64,000 bases of DNA from Alphaproteobacteria bacterium (GTDB lineage: Bacteria; Pseudomonadota; Alphaproteobacteria; Micavibrionales; Micavibrionaceae). The translations under genes were made by a program, and so were the position numbers. The stretch covers positions 456,134 to 520,133 of the forward strand of contig JBOEGG010000001.1 in the NCBI GenBank assembly GCA_050633285.1, given 5' to 3'. Numbering within the stretch: the first letter of the stretch is position 1; each line of letters starts with the position of its first letter. Below, one piece after another: positions 38,494 to 48,599 of the stretch. The notes beneath the pieces were generated by a model that saw only the letters and a list, made by a program, of their open reading frames with translations, did no database searches and was not told the DNA's origin.

Positions 38494-39021
38494 ATGAGTG
38501 AGAATATAGACCTACCAACCACCCAAAAGGATCTCCTGAAAATTTTAGAGAAACAGGGGGTTGCTTATAAACTTTACGAGCACGAACCGATCTTTACAGT
38601 AGAGCAGGGCCAGCCCTTAAAAAAATCTATACCGGGTGTGCATTGTCGTAACCTGTTTTTACGGGATAAAAAGAAGCGCATGTTTTTGATTACGGCTGCG
38701 AATGAAACCAAAATAGATTTGAAAAAACTTTCATCTGTTTTGGATTGCGGGCGTTTGTCTTTTGGGTCTGCGGAACGCTTGTGGGATAATCTGGGTATTA
38801 GACAGGGATCGGTTAATCCGTTTTGTATTATGAATGATAAACAGGGGCAGGTGCGCATTATCCTCGATAAATATATGATGGAACAGGAAATCATGAATGT
38901 TCATCCAATGGATAATGCTTTCACCGTTGGTTTAAGCCCCCTAGACCTGACCCGTTTTATCGAGAGTACAGATCATAAGGCAGAAATTTTTGATTTATCT
39001 ATGGCCGCGCCTGACGCGTAA
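38494..39021 (+). CDS. YbaK/ProX-family aminoacyl-tRNA deacylase
   Basis: …HCRNLFLRDKKKRMFLITAANETKIDLKKLS…GSVNPF…. Confidence 0.7.
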   Translation: MSENIDLPTTQKDLLKILEKQGVAYKLYEHEPIFTVEQGQPLKKSIPGVHCRNLFLRDKKKRMFLITAANETKIDLKKLSSVLDCGRLSFGSAERLWDNLGIRQGSVNPFCIMNDKQGQVRIILDKYMMEQEIMNVHPMDNAFTVGLSPLDLTRFIESTDHKAEIFDLSMAAPDA

Positions 39022-39096
39022 TTCTTTTGCTTTTCCATGTACTTTGTTTTAGTCTGCGCGACATATAGAAATAGTGCATAGAACACGGAGACACTT

Positions 39097-40035
39097 ATGC
39101 TTATAGGTAGCCAGCCGCCATCAGGCGGACAACCGCAATCTGCGACACAGAATGCAGATATTATCTTTGATGTGACCGCACAAGATTTTGAACAACGCGT
39201 TATGATGGCCTCTATGCAGATGCCTGTCATCGTTGATTTTTGGGCACCATGGTGCGGCCCGTGTAAGCAGCTCATGCCTGTTCTTGAAAAAGTTGTGAAC
39301 GCGGCAGGCGGGCAAGTGTTATTGGCCAAGGTTAATTTGGATGAGAATCCCGAACTCGCACAGGCTTTGCGTGTGCAATCTGTGCCTGCTGTTTTCGGGT
39401 TTTTCCAAGGACAGCCCGTAGATGCATTTATGGGCGTGCAGCCTGAAAGTAAGATTAACGAGTTCGTTCAAAAGCTTCTATCAATGTCAAAAGGTGCACA
39501 TCCTGATGCTATTGATATTCCCGAAGCGTTAAAAGGTGCGGCACAAACATTTGATGAAGGTGATGTTCAAACAGCCCACGCAATCTATGCCCAAATATTA
39601 CAGCAAGATACTTTAAACGCGGATGCTTTTGCAGGGATGATTAAATGCTTTATCGCAGTGGAGCAGTTTGAACAGGCAGAGGCACTTGTTCAAAACGTAC
39701 CTGATGAAATTGCAAAGACACCTGCCTTTGCGCAAGTGCGTAGTGCGCTTGAACTGGCACAGGTTAAACCCGCAGGACCGGTTGATGAATTACAGGCAAA
39801 GATTGATGCCGATGAAAACGACCATCAGGCACGCATTGATCTGGCGCAGGCACTATTCTCTGCTGGTCAAAGGGAAGAGGCTACACAAGCTTTATTGGAT
39901 TCTATTACCCTCGATCAGGAATGGAATGAAGGCGCCGCGCGTCAGGAGTTGTTGAAATTATTTGAAGCAATGGGGCATGCCGATCCTGTGACATTAAAGG
40001 CAAGACGCAAACTTTCCTCTCTTCTTTTTTCTTAA
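39097..40035 (+). CDS. Thioredoxin-domain co-chaperone (YbbN/CnoX-like: Trx + TPR)
   Basis: WAPWCGPCK active site, then a TPR-like helical C-terminal half. Confidence 0.8.
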   Translation: MLIGSQPPSGGQPQSATQNADIIFDVTAQDFEQRVMMASMQMPVIVDFWAPWCGPCKQLMPVLEKVVNAAGGQVLLAKVNLDENPELAQALRVQSVPAVFGFFQGQPVDAFMGVQPESKINEFVQKLLSMSKGAHPDAIDIPEALKGAAQTFDEGDVQTAHAIYAQILQQDTLNADAFAGMIKCFIAVEQFEQAEALVQNVPDEIAKTPAFAQVRSALELAQVKPAGPVDELQAKIDADENDHQARIDLAQALFSAGQREEATQALLDSITLDQEWNEGAARQELLKLFEAMGHADPVTLKARRKLSSLLFS

Positions 40036-40053
40036 AAAGGGTGCAATTAAGTA

Positions 40054-40281
40054 ATGGTTGAAGACAATAATATACAAGAAGATGGCCTGACAAAAATATG
40101 GTTGGCCGATGCAGATGCGAACGTGACCCAAGAATGTGAACGCGGTGTGACAACACAATGTATTATGGCAGAGGTGCGGGGAACACGGCTACATGAAGAT
40201 GCGGTCATTGATGCCCCCTCAAATGGTGCAGAAGGCGACGTTGGTATCTACCGTGTTATGTTAGATGAGAATACATTATAA
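40054..40281 (+). CDS. Hypothetical small protein (75 aa)
   Basis: ORF only; fills the gap between the thioredoxin-like gene and trm112. Confidence 0.25.
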   Translation: MVEDNNIQEDGLTKIWLADADANVTQECERGVTTQCIMAEVRGTRLHEDAVIDAPSNGAEGDVGIYRVMLDENTL

Positions 40282-40331
40282 GAGTACTCTCGCGATTTTG
40301 TTTTGAAATGAAGATTAGTGTAGGATGAATT

Positions 40332-40514
40332 ATGGTTGTTGAAATAGATCCAAAATTATTGGAAATCCTTGTATGCCCTGTAACAAAGTCACCGTTGACG
40401 TATGATAAAAAGGCGCAAGAGTTAATTTCAGAACAAGCAAAGCTAGCATATCCGATCCGTGATGGTATTCCGATCATGTTGGTTGATGAAGCGCGTAAAT
40501 TGGAACAAGCGTAA
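40332..40514 (+). CDS. Trm112-family protein
   Basis: [14 protein letters not shown]…[12 protein letters not shown]; the complete Trm112 signature. Confidence 0.85.
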   Translation: MVVEIDPKLLEILVCPVTKSPLTYDKKAQELISEQAKLAYPIRDGIPIMLVDEARKLEQA

Positions 40515-40526
40515 AGGACGTAAAAG

Positions 40527-40778
40527 ATGAGCGTTAAAGACGTAGGACTTGGCGGTACAGTATGGATAAGGGCAGCGCAGGAAAAAAAGCCTGCTGTTCC
40601 TAAGCCTGCTAAAACTGAGGCTGGCAATAAAAAGCCGGGTTCAGATGATCCTTCGCGTGAGACGAGCGACTATTCTGAAGAAAAACAAGCCGAAGCACAC
40701 ACATATCGTTTTGATAAAGATGGTGCGCAGCCTGATGAGCCTGAGAATATAGGCTCAAACATTGACTTAGACATATAA
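40527..40778 (+). CDS. Hypothetical low-complexity protein (83 aa)
   Basis: AAGGA RBS; Lys/Pro/acidic-rich, likely disordered. Confidence 0.35.
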   Translation: MSVKDVGLGGTVWIRAAQEKKPAVPKPAKTEAGNKKPGSDDPSRETSDYSEEKQAEAHTYRFDKDGAQPDEPENIGSNIDLDI

Positions 40779-40812
40779 AATACGTTAGAAAGATTTTATG
40801 AACACGAAGCCA

Positions 40813-40857
40813 ATGAACACATTACTGCTTCTAAACATTCTCCTTATACACCCCTGA
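40813..40857 (+). CDS. Leucine-rich leader peptide MNTLLLLNILLIHP (leu attenuator)
   Basis: 14 codons, 6 of them Leu (TTA CTG CTT CTA…CTC CTT), ending in TGA inside a hairpin-forming region about 120 bp upstream of leuA. Confidence 0.55.
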   Translation: MNTLLLLNILLIHP

Positions 40858-40910
40858 GCGGTGTATGAGGCATTTTATATGCCTGCGCTACAGGGGTTTC
40901 ATAATTATCC
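40851..40910 (+). promoter_or_regulatory. Attenuator hairpin(s) downstream of leu leader peptide
   Basis: Outer stem CCCCTG(40851-56)/CAGGGG(40891-96). Inner stems ACACC…GGTGT and AGGCAT-tttat-ATGCCT. Followed by TTTCATAATTAT. Confidence 0.45.
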
Positions 40911-40976
40911 AAACATTGAAAAATATAGTCGCATAAGTTAGAAAATCTGTGCGCTTAAGCGAATAAATAAGGAATT

Positions 40977-42560
40977 TTGGCCATGAGTAGAGCCTACGAT
41001 ATTGTAAAGAACGATCCAAACCGCGTTATCATTTTTGATACGACCCTAAGAGATGGGGAGCAGTCCCCCGGTTGCGCCATGAATTTGGAACAAAAGCTTA
41101 AAATGGCGAGTATTCTGGATGAGCTTGGTGTTGATGTGATTGAGGCTGGCTTTCCTGTGGCATCCCCCGGCGATTTTGAGGCGGTAAACGAAATTGCAAA
41201 GCTTGTTAAGAACGCGACTGTTTGTGGTTTGTCGCGTGCGAAAAAGGGTGACATTGAGGCATCTGGTGAGGCAATAAAGCCGGCAGAGTCAAAACGTATC
41301 CATACCTTTATCTCAACCTCTCCATTACATATGAAGTATAAGCTTCAAATGTCTCCTGAAGATGTCCTTGAATCAGTTAAGGAAAGCGTCACATTTGCCC
41401 GTAATTTCACTGATGATGTGGAATGGAGTGCAGAGGACGGATCGCGTACAGAGGATGATTTTTTGTGCTTGTGTGTAGAAGCTGCGATTAATGCAGGCGC
41501 ACGCACGATCAATTTCCCTGATACGGTTGGTTATGCTTTACCTGATGAATTTGCGGCAAAAATCGCAATGATGATGGAACGTGTACCGAATATCGATCAG
41601 GCGATCATCTCAACCCACTGCCATAATGATCTCGGCGTTGCGGTTGCGAACTCTTTGGCAGGCGTCACGGCAGGGGCACGTCAGATTGAATGTACGGTTA
41701 ACGGTATTGGTGAGCGTGCAGGAAATGCGGCGCTTGAAGAGGTGATTATGGCCTTGCGTACACGCGCAGACTTGATGCCCTACACAAATAATATTGAAAC
41801 AACCAATATTACCAAGGCGTCCCGTACCTTGTCTGGTATTACAGGGTTTTCTGTTCAGCCAAACAAAGCCATTGTCGGTGCGAATGCGTTTGCTCATGCA
41901 AGTGGTATTCATCAGGATGGTATGCTTAAAAATGCGAACACGTATGAGATCATGACTCCCGAAAGTGTAGGCTTGAGCGAAAGTAAATTGGTGATGAGCA
42001 AGCACTCAGGCCGTCATGCTTTTCGTGAGAAGTTGAAGGAGTTGGGCTTTGAACTGGGTGATAACGCTCTTAACGATGCATTTGCACGTTTTAAAAACTT
42101 GGCTGATCGTAAAAAAGAAGTCTATGAAGACGATTTAATCGCGCTTGTCGAGGATGAAATCGTGAGTGAAAATGATAGTATCCAATTTGTATCCTTACAG
42201 GTACAAGCAGGAACATCAGGTCCACAAACCGCAGATCTGTGTTTAAGTATTGATGGTGAAGAAAAATGCGCAAAGGTCGAAGGAAACGGCCCTGTCGATG
42301 CGATATTTAAGGCAATCCGTGAAATTCAAGCACATCCGGACGCGTCTTTGCAGCTCTATCAGGTGCATGCCGTCACAGGCGGAACAGACGCGCAAGCCGA
42401 GGTAACAGTACGTTTAGAGGAAAATGGCAAGACCATTAACGGATCAGGGGCGGACGCAGATACGTTGGTCGCGAGTGCACGTGCTTATGTTCATGCGTTG
42501 AATAAGCTGCTAGCCAAGCGCGATACCTTTAATCCGCAAACAGGCGATATCGCGGTGTAA
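40977..42560 (+). CDS. leuA: 2-isopropylmalate synthase
   Basis: VIIFDTTLRDGEQSPG; HCHNDLG; C-terminal LeuA regulatory domain. Confidence 0.9.
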   Translation: MAMSRAYDIVKNDPNRVIIFDTTLRDGEQSPGCAMNLEQKLKMASILDELGVDVIEAGFPVASPGDFEAVNEIAKLVKNATVCGLSRAKKGDIEASGEAIKPAESKRIHTFISTSPLHMKYKLQMSPEDVLESVKESVTFARNFTDDVEWSAEDGSRTEDDFLCLCVEAAINAGARTINFPDTVGYALPDEFAAKIAMMMERVPNIDQAIISTHCHNDLGVAVANSLAGVTAGARQIECTVNGIGERAGNAALEEVIMALRTRADLMPYTNNIETTNITKASRTLSGITGFSVQPNKAIVGANAFAHASGIHQDGMLKNANTYEIMTPESVGLSESKLVMSKHSGRHAFREKLKELGFELGDNALNDAFARFKNLADRKKEVYEDDLIALVEDEIVSENDSIQFVSLQVQAGTSGPQTADLCLSIDGEEKCAKVEGNGPVDAIFKAIREIQAHPDASLQLYQVHAVTGGTDAQAEVTVRLEENGKTINGSGADADTLVASARAYVHALNKLLAKRDTFNPQTGDIAV

Positions 42561-42570
42561 AGGAGAAAAA

Positions 42571-42789
42571 ATGTTCCAGATTGGAGACAAGGTAATTGTT
42601 TCTAAAGACGGTGGTTGGAAAAATGATTGTTCAGGTGTTATTTGTAGTGCACCTGAGCCAATAGACACGTTGAAAGGGCCTGAGAATTTTTACTGGGTTA
42701 GGTTTGATCAACCAGAGCAAGATGTAAATGGGGATGATGAATATATAAAGGCACAAGTTTTAAGTTGCTATATTTATGTATATAATTGA
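42571..42789 (+). CDS. Hypothetical small protein (72 aa)
   Basis: Perfect AAGGAG RBS 7 nt upstream of the ATG; follows leuA. Confidence 0.5.
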   Translation: MFQIGDKVIVSKDGGWKNDCSGVICSAPEPIDTLKGPENFYWVRFDQPEQDVNGDDEYIKAQVLSCYIYVYN

Positions 42790-43406
42790 ATACTCTCAAA
42801 CACATCCTCAAACATTTCCGTCGTTAAGCGCCCTGTATTGGTGTTATAGCGAGAGCAGTGATAGCTATCTATCAGGATAAGGCCATCGCCCAAATCGTGG
42901 CGTGCATTATGCGCAAATTTAAAGGCAGATTGTTTGTGTCCTGTGGCTTTTAGAACGGCATTGTGGGAAACAAGGCCGAGGCTTAACAGGATTTTGAGGT
43001 TCGGCATAGTTGCCATCTCGGTTTTTAGAAATTGTAAGCAGGTATTAATCTCATCTCCGGTAACTTTATTCTGTGGCGGAACACATTTAACCGCATTTGT
43101 GATACGCGCATTGATAAGCTCTAATCCATCATCTTTATGTGCTTTATATTCACCTGTGGCATACCCGAATTTAAGCAATGTACCGTAAAGTAAATCACCG
43201 GCATAATCGCCGGTAAATGGTCGGCCTGAGAAATTCGCCCCTTTCAATCCGGGGGCAAGTCCGACAACAAGTAATGCTGCATCTTGCGGGCCAAAGGATG
43301 GCACGGGCGCATTATATTTATCAGGAAACTTTACGCGGTTCTCATCGATAAAGGATTTGAGCCGTGGGCACAAAGAGCAGTCAAGTTCTGGAAGTAATTC
43401 AAACAT
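42774..43406 (-). CDS. Uracil-DNA glycosylase, family 4
   Basis: CSLCPRL…; GLAPGLKGANFSGRPFTGD.G; C-terminal HPS-like motif. Confidence 0.8.
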   Translation of the reverse strand: MFELLPELDCSLCPRLKSFIDENRVKFPDKYNAPVPSFGPQDAALLVVGLAPGLKGANFSGRPFTGDYAGDLLYGTLLKFGYATGEYKAHKDDGLELINARITNAVKCVPPQNKVTGDEINTCLQFLKTEMATMPNLKILLSLGLVSHNAVLKATGHKQSAFKFAHNARHDLGDGLILIDSYHCSRYNTNTGRLTTEMFEDVFESIQLYT

Positions 43407-43446
43407 GGTGTGATGATGGCAAAAACTGTCTGTTCGTCAAGCGATT

Positions 43447-44088
43447 TTAGCTTGCCTTACGATTTTCCACCATATCTTCATCCTCGATCTCGTCATCAAA
43501 GTCATCTTGCTCATCTTCTGCAAAATAGGCATCACGCTGAATATGTGGTGCAAGTTCGTTTAAATCTAGGAAGTGATCTGCTTGACGACGTAAATCATCG
43601 GATACCATAGGAGGGGTGGACTTTAATGTACTGACAACAGTAACGCGAACACCTTTGCGCTGTACTGCTTCTAATAAACGGCGGAAATCTCCGTCTCCTG
43701 AAAATAATATAATATGGTCAACATTATCGGCCATTTCCATCATATCAATGGCAAGCTCGATATCCATATTGCCTTTTATACGTTTACGTCCTTGCCCGTC
43801 TGTAAATTCTTTGGTCGGCTTTGTGACCATGGAATAGCCATTGTAATCCAACCAATCAACAAGCGGGCGGATCGGAGAGTATTCCTGATCTTCAATCAGT
43901 GCGGTATAATAAAAAGCGCGCACGAGACGTCCGTGTCTGGCGATACACTCAAGTAAGAGTTTATAATCAATATCAAAATCAAGTGCACGAGCTGCCGAGT
44001 ATAGGTTAGAGCCGTCAATAAAGATGGCAACTTTTTCTTCTGTGTAAAACGGGGTACTTTTGATCATGTTGAGTGCGTCGCGCGGCAT
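43447..44088 (-). CDS. NYN/LabA-like domain protein
   Basis: VAIFIDGSNLY…; acidic residues consistent with a PIN-like fold; acidic C-terminal tail. Confidence 0.75.
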   Translation of the reverse strand: MPRDALNMIKSTPFYTEEKVAIFIDGSNLYSAARALDFDIDYKLLLECIARHGRLVRAFYYTALIEDQEYSPIRPLVDWLDYNGYSMVTKPTKEFTDGQGRKRIKGNMDIELAIDMMEMADNVDHIILFSGDGDFRRLLEAVQRKGVRVTVVSTLKSTPPMVSDDLRRQADHFLDLNELAPHIQRDAYFAEDEQDDFDDEIEDEDMVENRKAS

Positions 44089-44338
44089 GGTGTAATCCTA
44101 GGTATACTTGAGTATGTTTCGGGAGTAATATATCGATTATTTGATCTATGTAAAATATAATATTAGATTTATTTGATATATACGCATGATAACCTCGGAA
44201 AGCAACATGAGTTTTATTATGCAAGCGATTTTTTTATGATGCAGCGCCCAATTCCATTATGTCCTTGCATTTCTTATTCTTTGGCACTATAAACGCAAAT
44301 ATTCAGAAATTGTATCATTTGAAAATAAAGGCATTAAT

Positions 44339-44743
44339 ATGGCACGCGTTACAGTAGAAGATTGTATTGATAAAGTTCAAAACCGTTTCGAACTTGTGAT
44401 GGTAGCAGCGCAACGCGCACGCAAAATTGGCTCCGGTGCGGCAATCACCGTTGAGCGTGATAATGATAAAAAGACAGTTATTTCTTTACGTGAAATCGCA
44501 GGTGAAACTGTTGAAGTGCCTGTACTGAAAGAAGAAATGATCAATAGTTACCAACGTTTCCTTCCTCATGATGCAGAAGATGATGCAATTGATCTTATGG
44601 ATGGTGAAAAGGAATGGGGCGAAATTTCCGAAGGTGCACCGGCAGAGGGTATCTATGCAGAGGAAGAAGCTGGTTCTTCTTCTGATGAGAAATCAACGAG
44701 TTCTACTGAAGAGCCTTCTTTAGGCGATATCGCAGGCGTTTAA
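44339..44743 (+). CDS. rpoZ: DNA-directed RNA polymerase subunit omega
   Basis: [30 protein letters not shown]; acidic C-terminal extension. Confidence 0.9.
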   Translation: MARVTVEDCIDKVQNRFELVMVAAQRARKIGSGAAITVERDNDKKTVISLREIAGETVEVPVLKEEMINSYQRFLPHDAEDDAIDLMDGEKEWGEISEGAPAEGIYAEEEAGSSSDEKSTSSTEEPSLGDIAGV

Positions 44744-44782
44744 GACCTGTAGAATTATCATTAAAAAATACGTTTTGAAAAT

Positions 44783-44807
44783 GCCGGGAATTTTTCCGGC
44801 TTTTTTT
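44783..44807 (+). terminator. Rho-independent terminator after rpoZ
   Basis: GCCGG-gaattttt-CCGGC followed by T7. Confidence 0.6.
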
Positions 44808-44934
44808 ATGGGCGAATCTTATCTGGCTTGCATTTCACTTCTAAATGGGAGAGTGCGCTAAAAATGTCTTTGACAAATTATATATTTCCATTATTCTAGA
44901 AATATAGACACATTAAAATTAAATGAGGTAAGGT

Positions 44935-45291
44935 ATGGATATTCAAAATGCGCTTATAGCATTTGATGCGCTATCGCAGGAAACGCGATTGAGGGCATTT
45001 AGTACATTGGTAACGGCTGGATCAGCAGGATTACCTGCGGGTGCATTGAGTGAGGCATTGGGTACACCGCATAATACGATGTCTTTTCACCTTAATCATT
45101 TGTCAAATGCGGGCATAGTGACCTCACGGCGTGAGGGGCGTTCCATTATTTATACGGCTAATTTTGAAATGATGCGTGATCTTATTGGTTTTATGGTCAA
45201 GGATTGTTGCAATGTTGAATTTGCAAGTATCCGTAAAGATGAAGAAAGATGTTGCTCTATCATTGAATTGAAAGAGGGCGAGGCTACATAA
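44935..45291 (+). CDS. ArsR/SmtB-family transcriptional regulator
   Basis: Winged HTH (…LSEALGTPHNTMSFHLNHLSNAGIV…) with C-terminal Cys cluster (KDCCN…ERCCS). Confidence 0.8.
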   Translation: MDIQNALIAFDALSQETRLRAFSTLVTAGSAGLPAGALSEALGTPHNTMSFHLNHLSNAGIVTSRREGRSIIYTANFEMMRDLIGFMVKDCCNVEFASIRKDEERCCSIIELKEGEAT

Positions 45292-46262
45292 TGTTGAATA
45301 TTATATCAAATTTCGTATCAAGTCCTGAGACGCAAATTATGCTATGGAATAGTGCGCAAATGTTCGTGCACCTCTTTCTCGAATTAACCATCCTCTTTCT
45401 TGTGATCAGCTATATCGTAGCGCTAATAAATCAAAAACTACCCAAGGATCAAATTCAAAAATTGTTAGGGGCACGTAAAGGACGCGGTTATTTCATGGCT
45501 GCCGGTCTGGGGGCAATTACACCATTTTGCAGTTGTTCGACAATTCCTATGTTAGTTGGTCTGTTAAAGGCGCGTGCAGGGTTTGGCCCGACTATGACGT
45601 TTTTATTTACGTCTCCGCTTTTAAATCCAATTGTGATAGCGCTTTTTATACCCGTCTTGGGAGCACAGGTGACGTTATGGTATGCAGTCCTCGCACTTGT
45701 AACATCTATTGTCGCGGGTGCTACATTAGAGTATTTGGGTTTTGATCGTTTTATTAAGAAAGAATTGTTGGGAGAAAAGCCGTCGACATGTCAGAGTTCT
45801 TGTGGCACTGAAACAGAAACGGCCTGTAGCAGCCAAGAAAAAAACGAGGTATCAATATGGCGTAAAGCATGGCAAGAAAGCTGGTCATTGTTTCTACCTA
45901 TGTTGCCTTATATGACTATTGCAATGTTGATTGGTGCTTTTGTGCATGGGTTTGTACCGGCAGATTTTTTCACAGATATCGCGAGTTCTGATAACCCACT
46001 TGCCGTACCTGCTGCGGCGTTGGTTGGAATTCCCCTTTATATACGTGTAACTGCTTTATTACCTCTTGTGAGCTCATTCATGGCCAAAGGTGTAAGTATC
46101 GGCGCGATTATAGCATTGATTATCGGGAGTGGTGGTGCAAGCATACCTGAAGTTATCTTATTGAGACGTTTATTCTACTGGCCTTTGTTAGCGTCCTTCC
46201 TTGGTGTTATCTTCAGTATGGCTATCCTCGGTGGCTTTGCGTTTAACCACTTTTTTTCTTGA
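45291..46262 (+). CDS. ArsP/DUF318-family permease
   Basis: Polytopic membrane protein with the signature TPFCSCS(TIP) motif; start overlaps the arsR stop. Confidence 0.7.
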   Translation: MLNIISNFVSSPETQIMLWNSAQMFVHLFLELTILFLVISYIVALINQKLPKDQIQKLLGARKGRGYFMAAGLGAITPFCSCSTIPMLVGLLKARAGFGPTMTFLFTSPLLNPIVIALFIPVLGAQVTLWYAVLALVTSIVAGATLEYLGFDRFIKKELLGEKPSTCQSSCGTETETACSSQEKNEVSIWRKAWQESWSLFLPMLPYMTIAMLIGAFVHGFVPADFFTDIASSDNPLAVPAAALVGIPLYIRVTALLPLVSSFMAKGVSIGAIIALIIGSGGASIPEVILLRRLFYWPLLASFLGVIFSMAILGGFAFNHFFS

Positions 46263-46380
46263 GAGGGACACGTCCGAAAAAAGACTGATTGTTGTTAATT
46301 AAAAATCAATTGGTTACCCCGGATAAACATGTTAGCTTTAAAGAAAATGATGCAATGCAACGGGTGAATGACAGGCGCAT

Positions 46381-48540
46381 ATGGGGCAGTTAGAAACACT
46401 TCTTGAAACAATTGAAAGTTATCAGCCGGACTTTGAACCCGATATAGTGGTGAAGGCTTATAACTTTGCAAAAGAAAAACATGAGGGGCAGTTTCGCTCT
46501 TCTGGTGAACCATATTACACGCACCCTGTAGAGGTCTCGCAAATTCTCGCCGATATGAGTATGGATGTAACAACGATTGTTACGGCCATTCTTCACGATA
46601 CGGTTGAAGATACTGACGCCACATTAGAGGATTTGGAAGAACAATTTGGTAAAGTTGTTGCTGACCTTGTAAACGGGGTGAGTAAACTTACACGGATTGA
46701 AAGTCAAACAGTAGAAGGTAAGCAAGCGGAAAATTTCCGTAAACTGCTCCTTGCTATGTCCGAGGATATCCGTGTTCTTTTGGTGAAATTGGCTGATCGC
46801 CTTCATAATATGAGCACGCTTAACGGTATTAAAAAACCGGAAAAGCGCCGTAGAATATCATTGGAAACTTTGGAAATATACGCGCCACTGGCGGAACGTA
46901 TCGGCGTACATAGAATTAAAGAACAACTCGAAGATTTATGTTTTGAGCAAATTAATCCTGAGGCGCGAGAAAGTATTTCTAATCGTCTGGATTATTTACG
47001 CAAAGAAGGCGGCGCAGTTGTAGAGGCAATTATCAGTGAGTTAAAAGCCCTGATTGATGATGCTAGCATTGAATTAGATATCGCCGGACGTGAAAAAACG
47101 CGTTATTCCATTTGGAAAAAGATGCAGCGTAAAAATGTCGCATTTGAACAATTATCTGATATTATGGCCTTCCGAATAATGGTGGACTCATTAGAGGAAT
47201 GTTATATCGTCCTTGGTATTATTCATGGCAAATACCATAGTGTCCCCGGGCGTTTTAAAGACTACATTTCGACACCGAAGCCCAACGGTTATAAATCGAT
47301 CCACACAACGGTCATGGGTCCTCGCCGTCAACGTATTGAAATACAAATTAGAACGCATGATATGCATAGCGAAGCCGAACTGGGTGTCGCTGCACATTGG
47401 GCGTATAAAGGCGGCGCACAGCCGACAGAGCGCGATGTCACGAAATATCGTTGGCTGCGTGAGCTTCTGGACATATTGGAACAAGAACAAAAGCCGGAAG
47501 ATTTTTGGGAAAATACAAAATTAGAGCTTTTTCAAGATCAGGCTTATGTCTTTACACCAAAGGGCGATTTGATTGAGCTACCAAATGGAGCAACACCCGT
47601 AGACTTTGCTTATGCCATTCATTCTGATATTGGCGATAAGTGTGTCGGTGCAAAAATAAACGGACGAATTGCACCATTGAACTCGCGTCTTGTTAATGGC
47701 GATCAGGTGGATGTCATTACCGCAAAAACGCAAAACCCTTCACCAACATGGGAACGTTTTGTTGTCACGGGTAAGGCCAGATCACACATCCGAAAATTTA
47801 TCCGTAATCAACAGCGCGATGAATTTGTGCTGCTCGGTAAAGCCATGCTTCAAAAGGTTTTCCGTCAAGAGGGCTATGATTTTTCTGAAAAAGCAATCGC
47901 CAGTGTAAAGGATAATTTCCGCGCAGAAGATAGTGATGATATATACGCAAATATTGGCTCAGGTGTTTTGGTTGCGCGTGATGTGTTTAAGGTCATTTTC
48001 CCAAGTCACCAAAGCCAGATTGTAAAGCGTCCGTCCGAGGATATGGATCAGGCAGTGATGGTGCGCCGCCCCGATGAAGCAGATCGGCCTGTCCCGATTA
48101 AGGGGCTTATCCCCGGTATGGCGATGCATTTTGCCAGATGTTGTCACCCTTTACCCGGAGATCGCATTGTCGGGATTGTCATAACAGGAAAAGGCGTTAC
48201 GATCCATACAATTGATTGTGAGACCTTGGAAACATTCGCGGACACACCAGAGCGTTGGCTTGATGTTGCATGGGGTGATAAAATTGGCGAAAATGCAGAG
48301 TCTCACGTTGGTCGTTTATCTGTGACAATTGAAAATGCCGCCGGAGCCCTTGGAACGCTTTCAACTGTGATAGGCCGAAATGGTGGGAATATTACAAATC
48401 TGAAAATTACCAGCCGTTCACTCGATTTTTGGGAAATGATGTTGGATGTTTATGTATCGGATACAAAACATTTGAATAATATTATGGCCGCTTTGCGCGC
48501 TACACCAACTATCATTTCTGTTGAGCGTGCCCGCGGATAA
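46381..48540 (+). CDS. Bifunctional (p)ppGpp synthetase/hydrolase (RelA/SpoT homologue)
   Basis: HD hydrolase (HDTVEDT), synthetase, TGS and ACT domains in RSH order. Confidence 0.9.
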   Translation: MGQLETLLETIESYQPDFEPDIVVKAYNFAKEKHEGQFRSSGEPYYTHPVEVSQILADMSMDVTTIVTAILHDTVEDTDATLEDLEEQFGKVVADLVNGVSKLTRIESQTVEGKQAENFRKLLLAMSEDIRVLLVKLADRLHNMSTLNGIKKPEKRRRISLETLEIYAPLAERIGVHRIKEQLEDLCFEQINPEARESISNRLDYLRKEGGAVVEAIISELKALIDDASIELDIAGREKTRYSIWKKMQRKNVAFEQLSDIMAFRIMVDSLEECYIVLGIIHGKYHSVPGRFKDYISTPKPNGYKSIHTTVMGPRRQRIEIQIRTHDMHSEAELGVAAHWAYKGGAQPTERDVTKYRWLRELLDILEQEQKPEDFWENTKLELFQDQAYVFTPKGDLIELPNGATPVDFAYAIHSDIGDKCVGAKINGRIAPLNSRLVNGDQVDVITAKTQNPSPTWERFVVTGKARSHIRKFIRNQQRDEFVLLGKAMLQKVFRQEGYDFSEKAIASVKDNFRAEDSDDIYANIGSGVLVARDVFKVIFPSHQSQIVKRPSEDMDQAVMVRRPDEADRPVPIKGLIPGMAMHFARCCHPLPGDRIVGIVITGKGVTIHTIDCETLETFADTPERWLDVAWGDKIGENAESHVGRLSVTIENAAGALGTLSTVIGRNGGNITNLKITSRSLDFWEMMLDVYVSDTKHLNNIMAALRATPTIISVERARG

Positions 48541-48547
48541 ATTAAAA

Positions 48548-48585
48548 CAGGCTCTATATATCAAGCCTGCTTTCTTATTTTTAAA
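48548..48585. terminator. Probable bidirectional terminator between rsh and apt
   Basis: CAGGCT-ctatatatca-AGCCTG followed by a T-rich run. Confidence 0.4.
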
Positions 48586-48599
48586 TATGGTTTTGGTTT

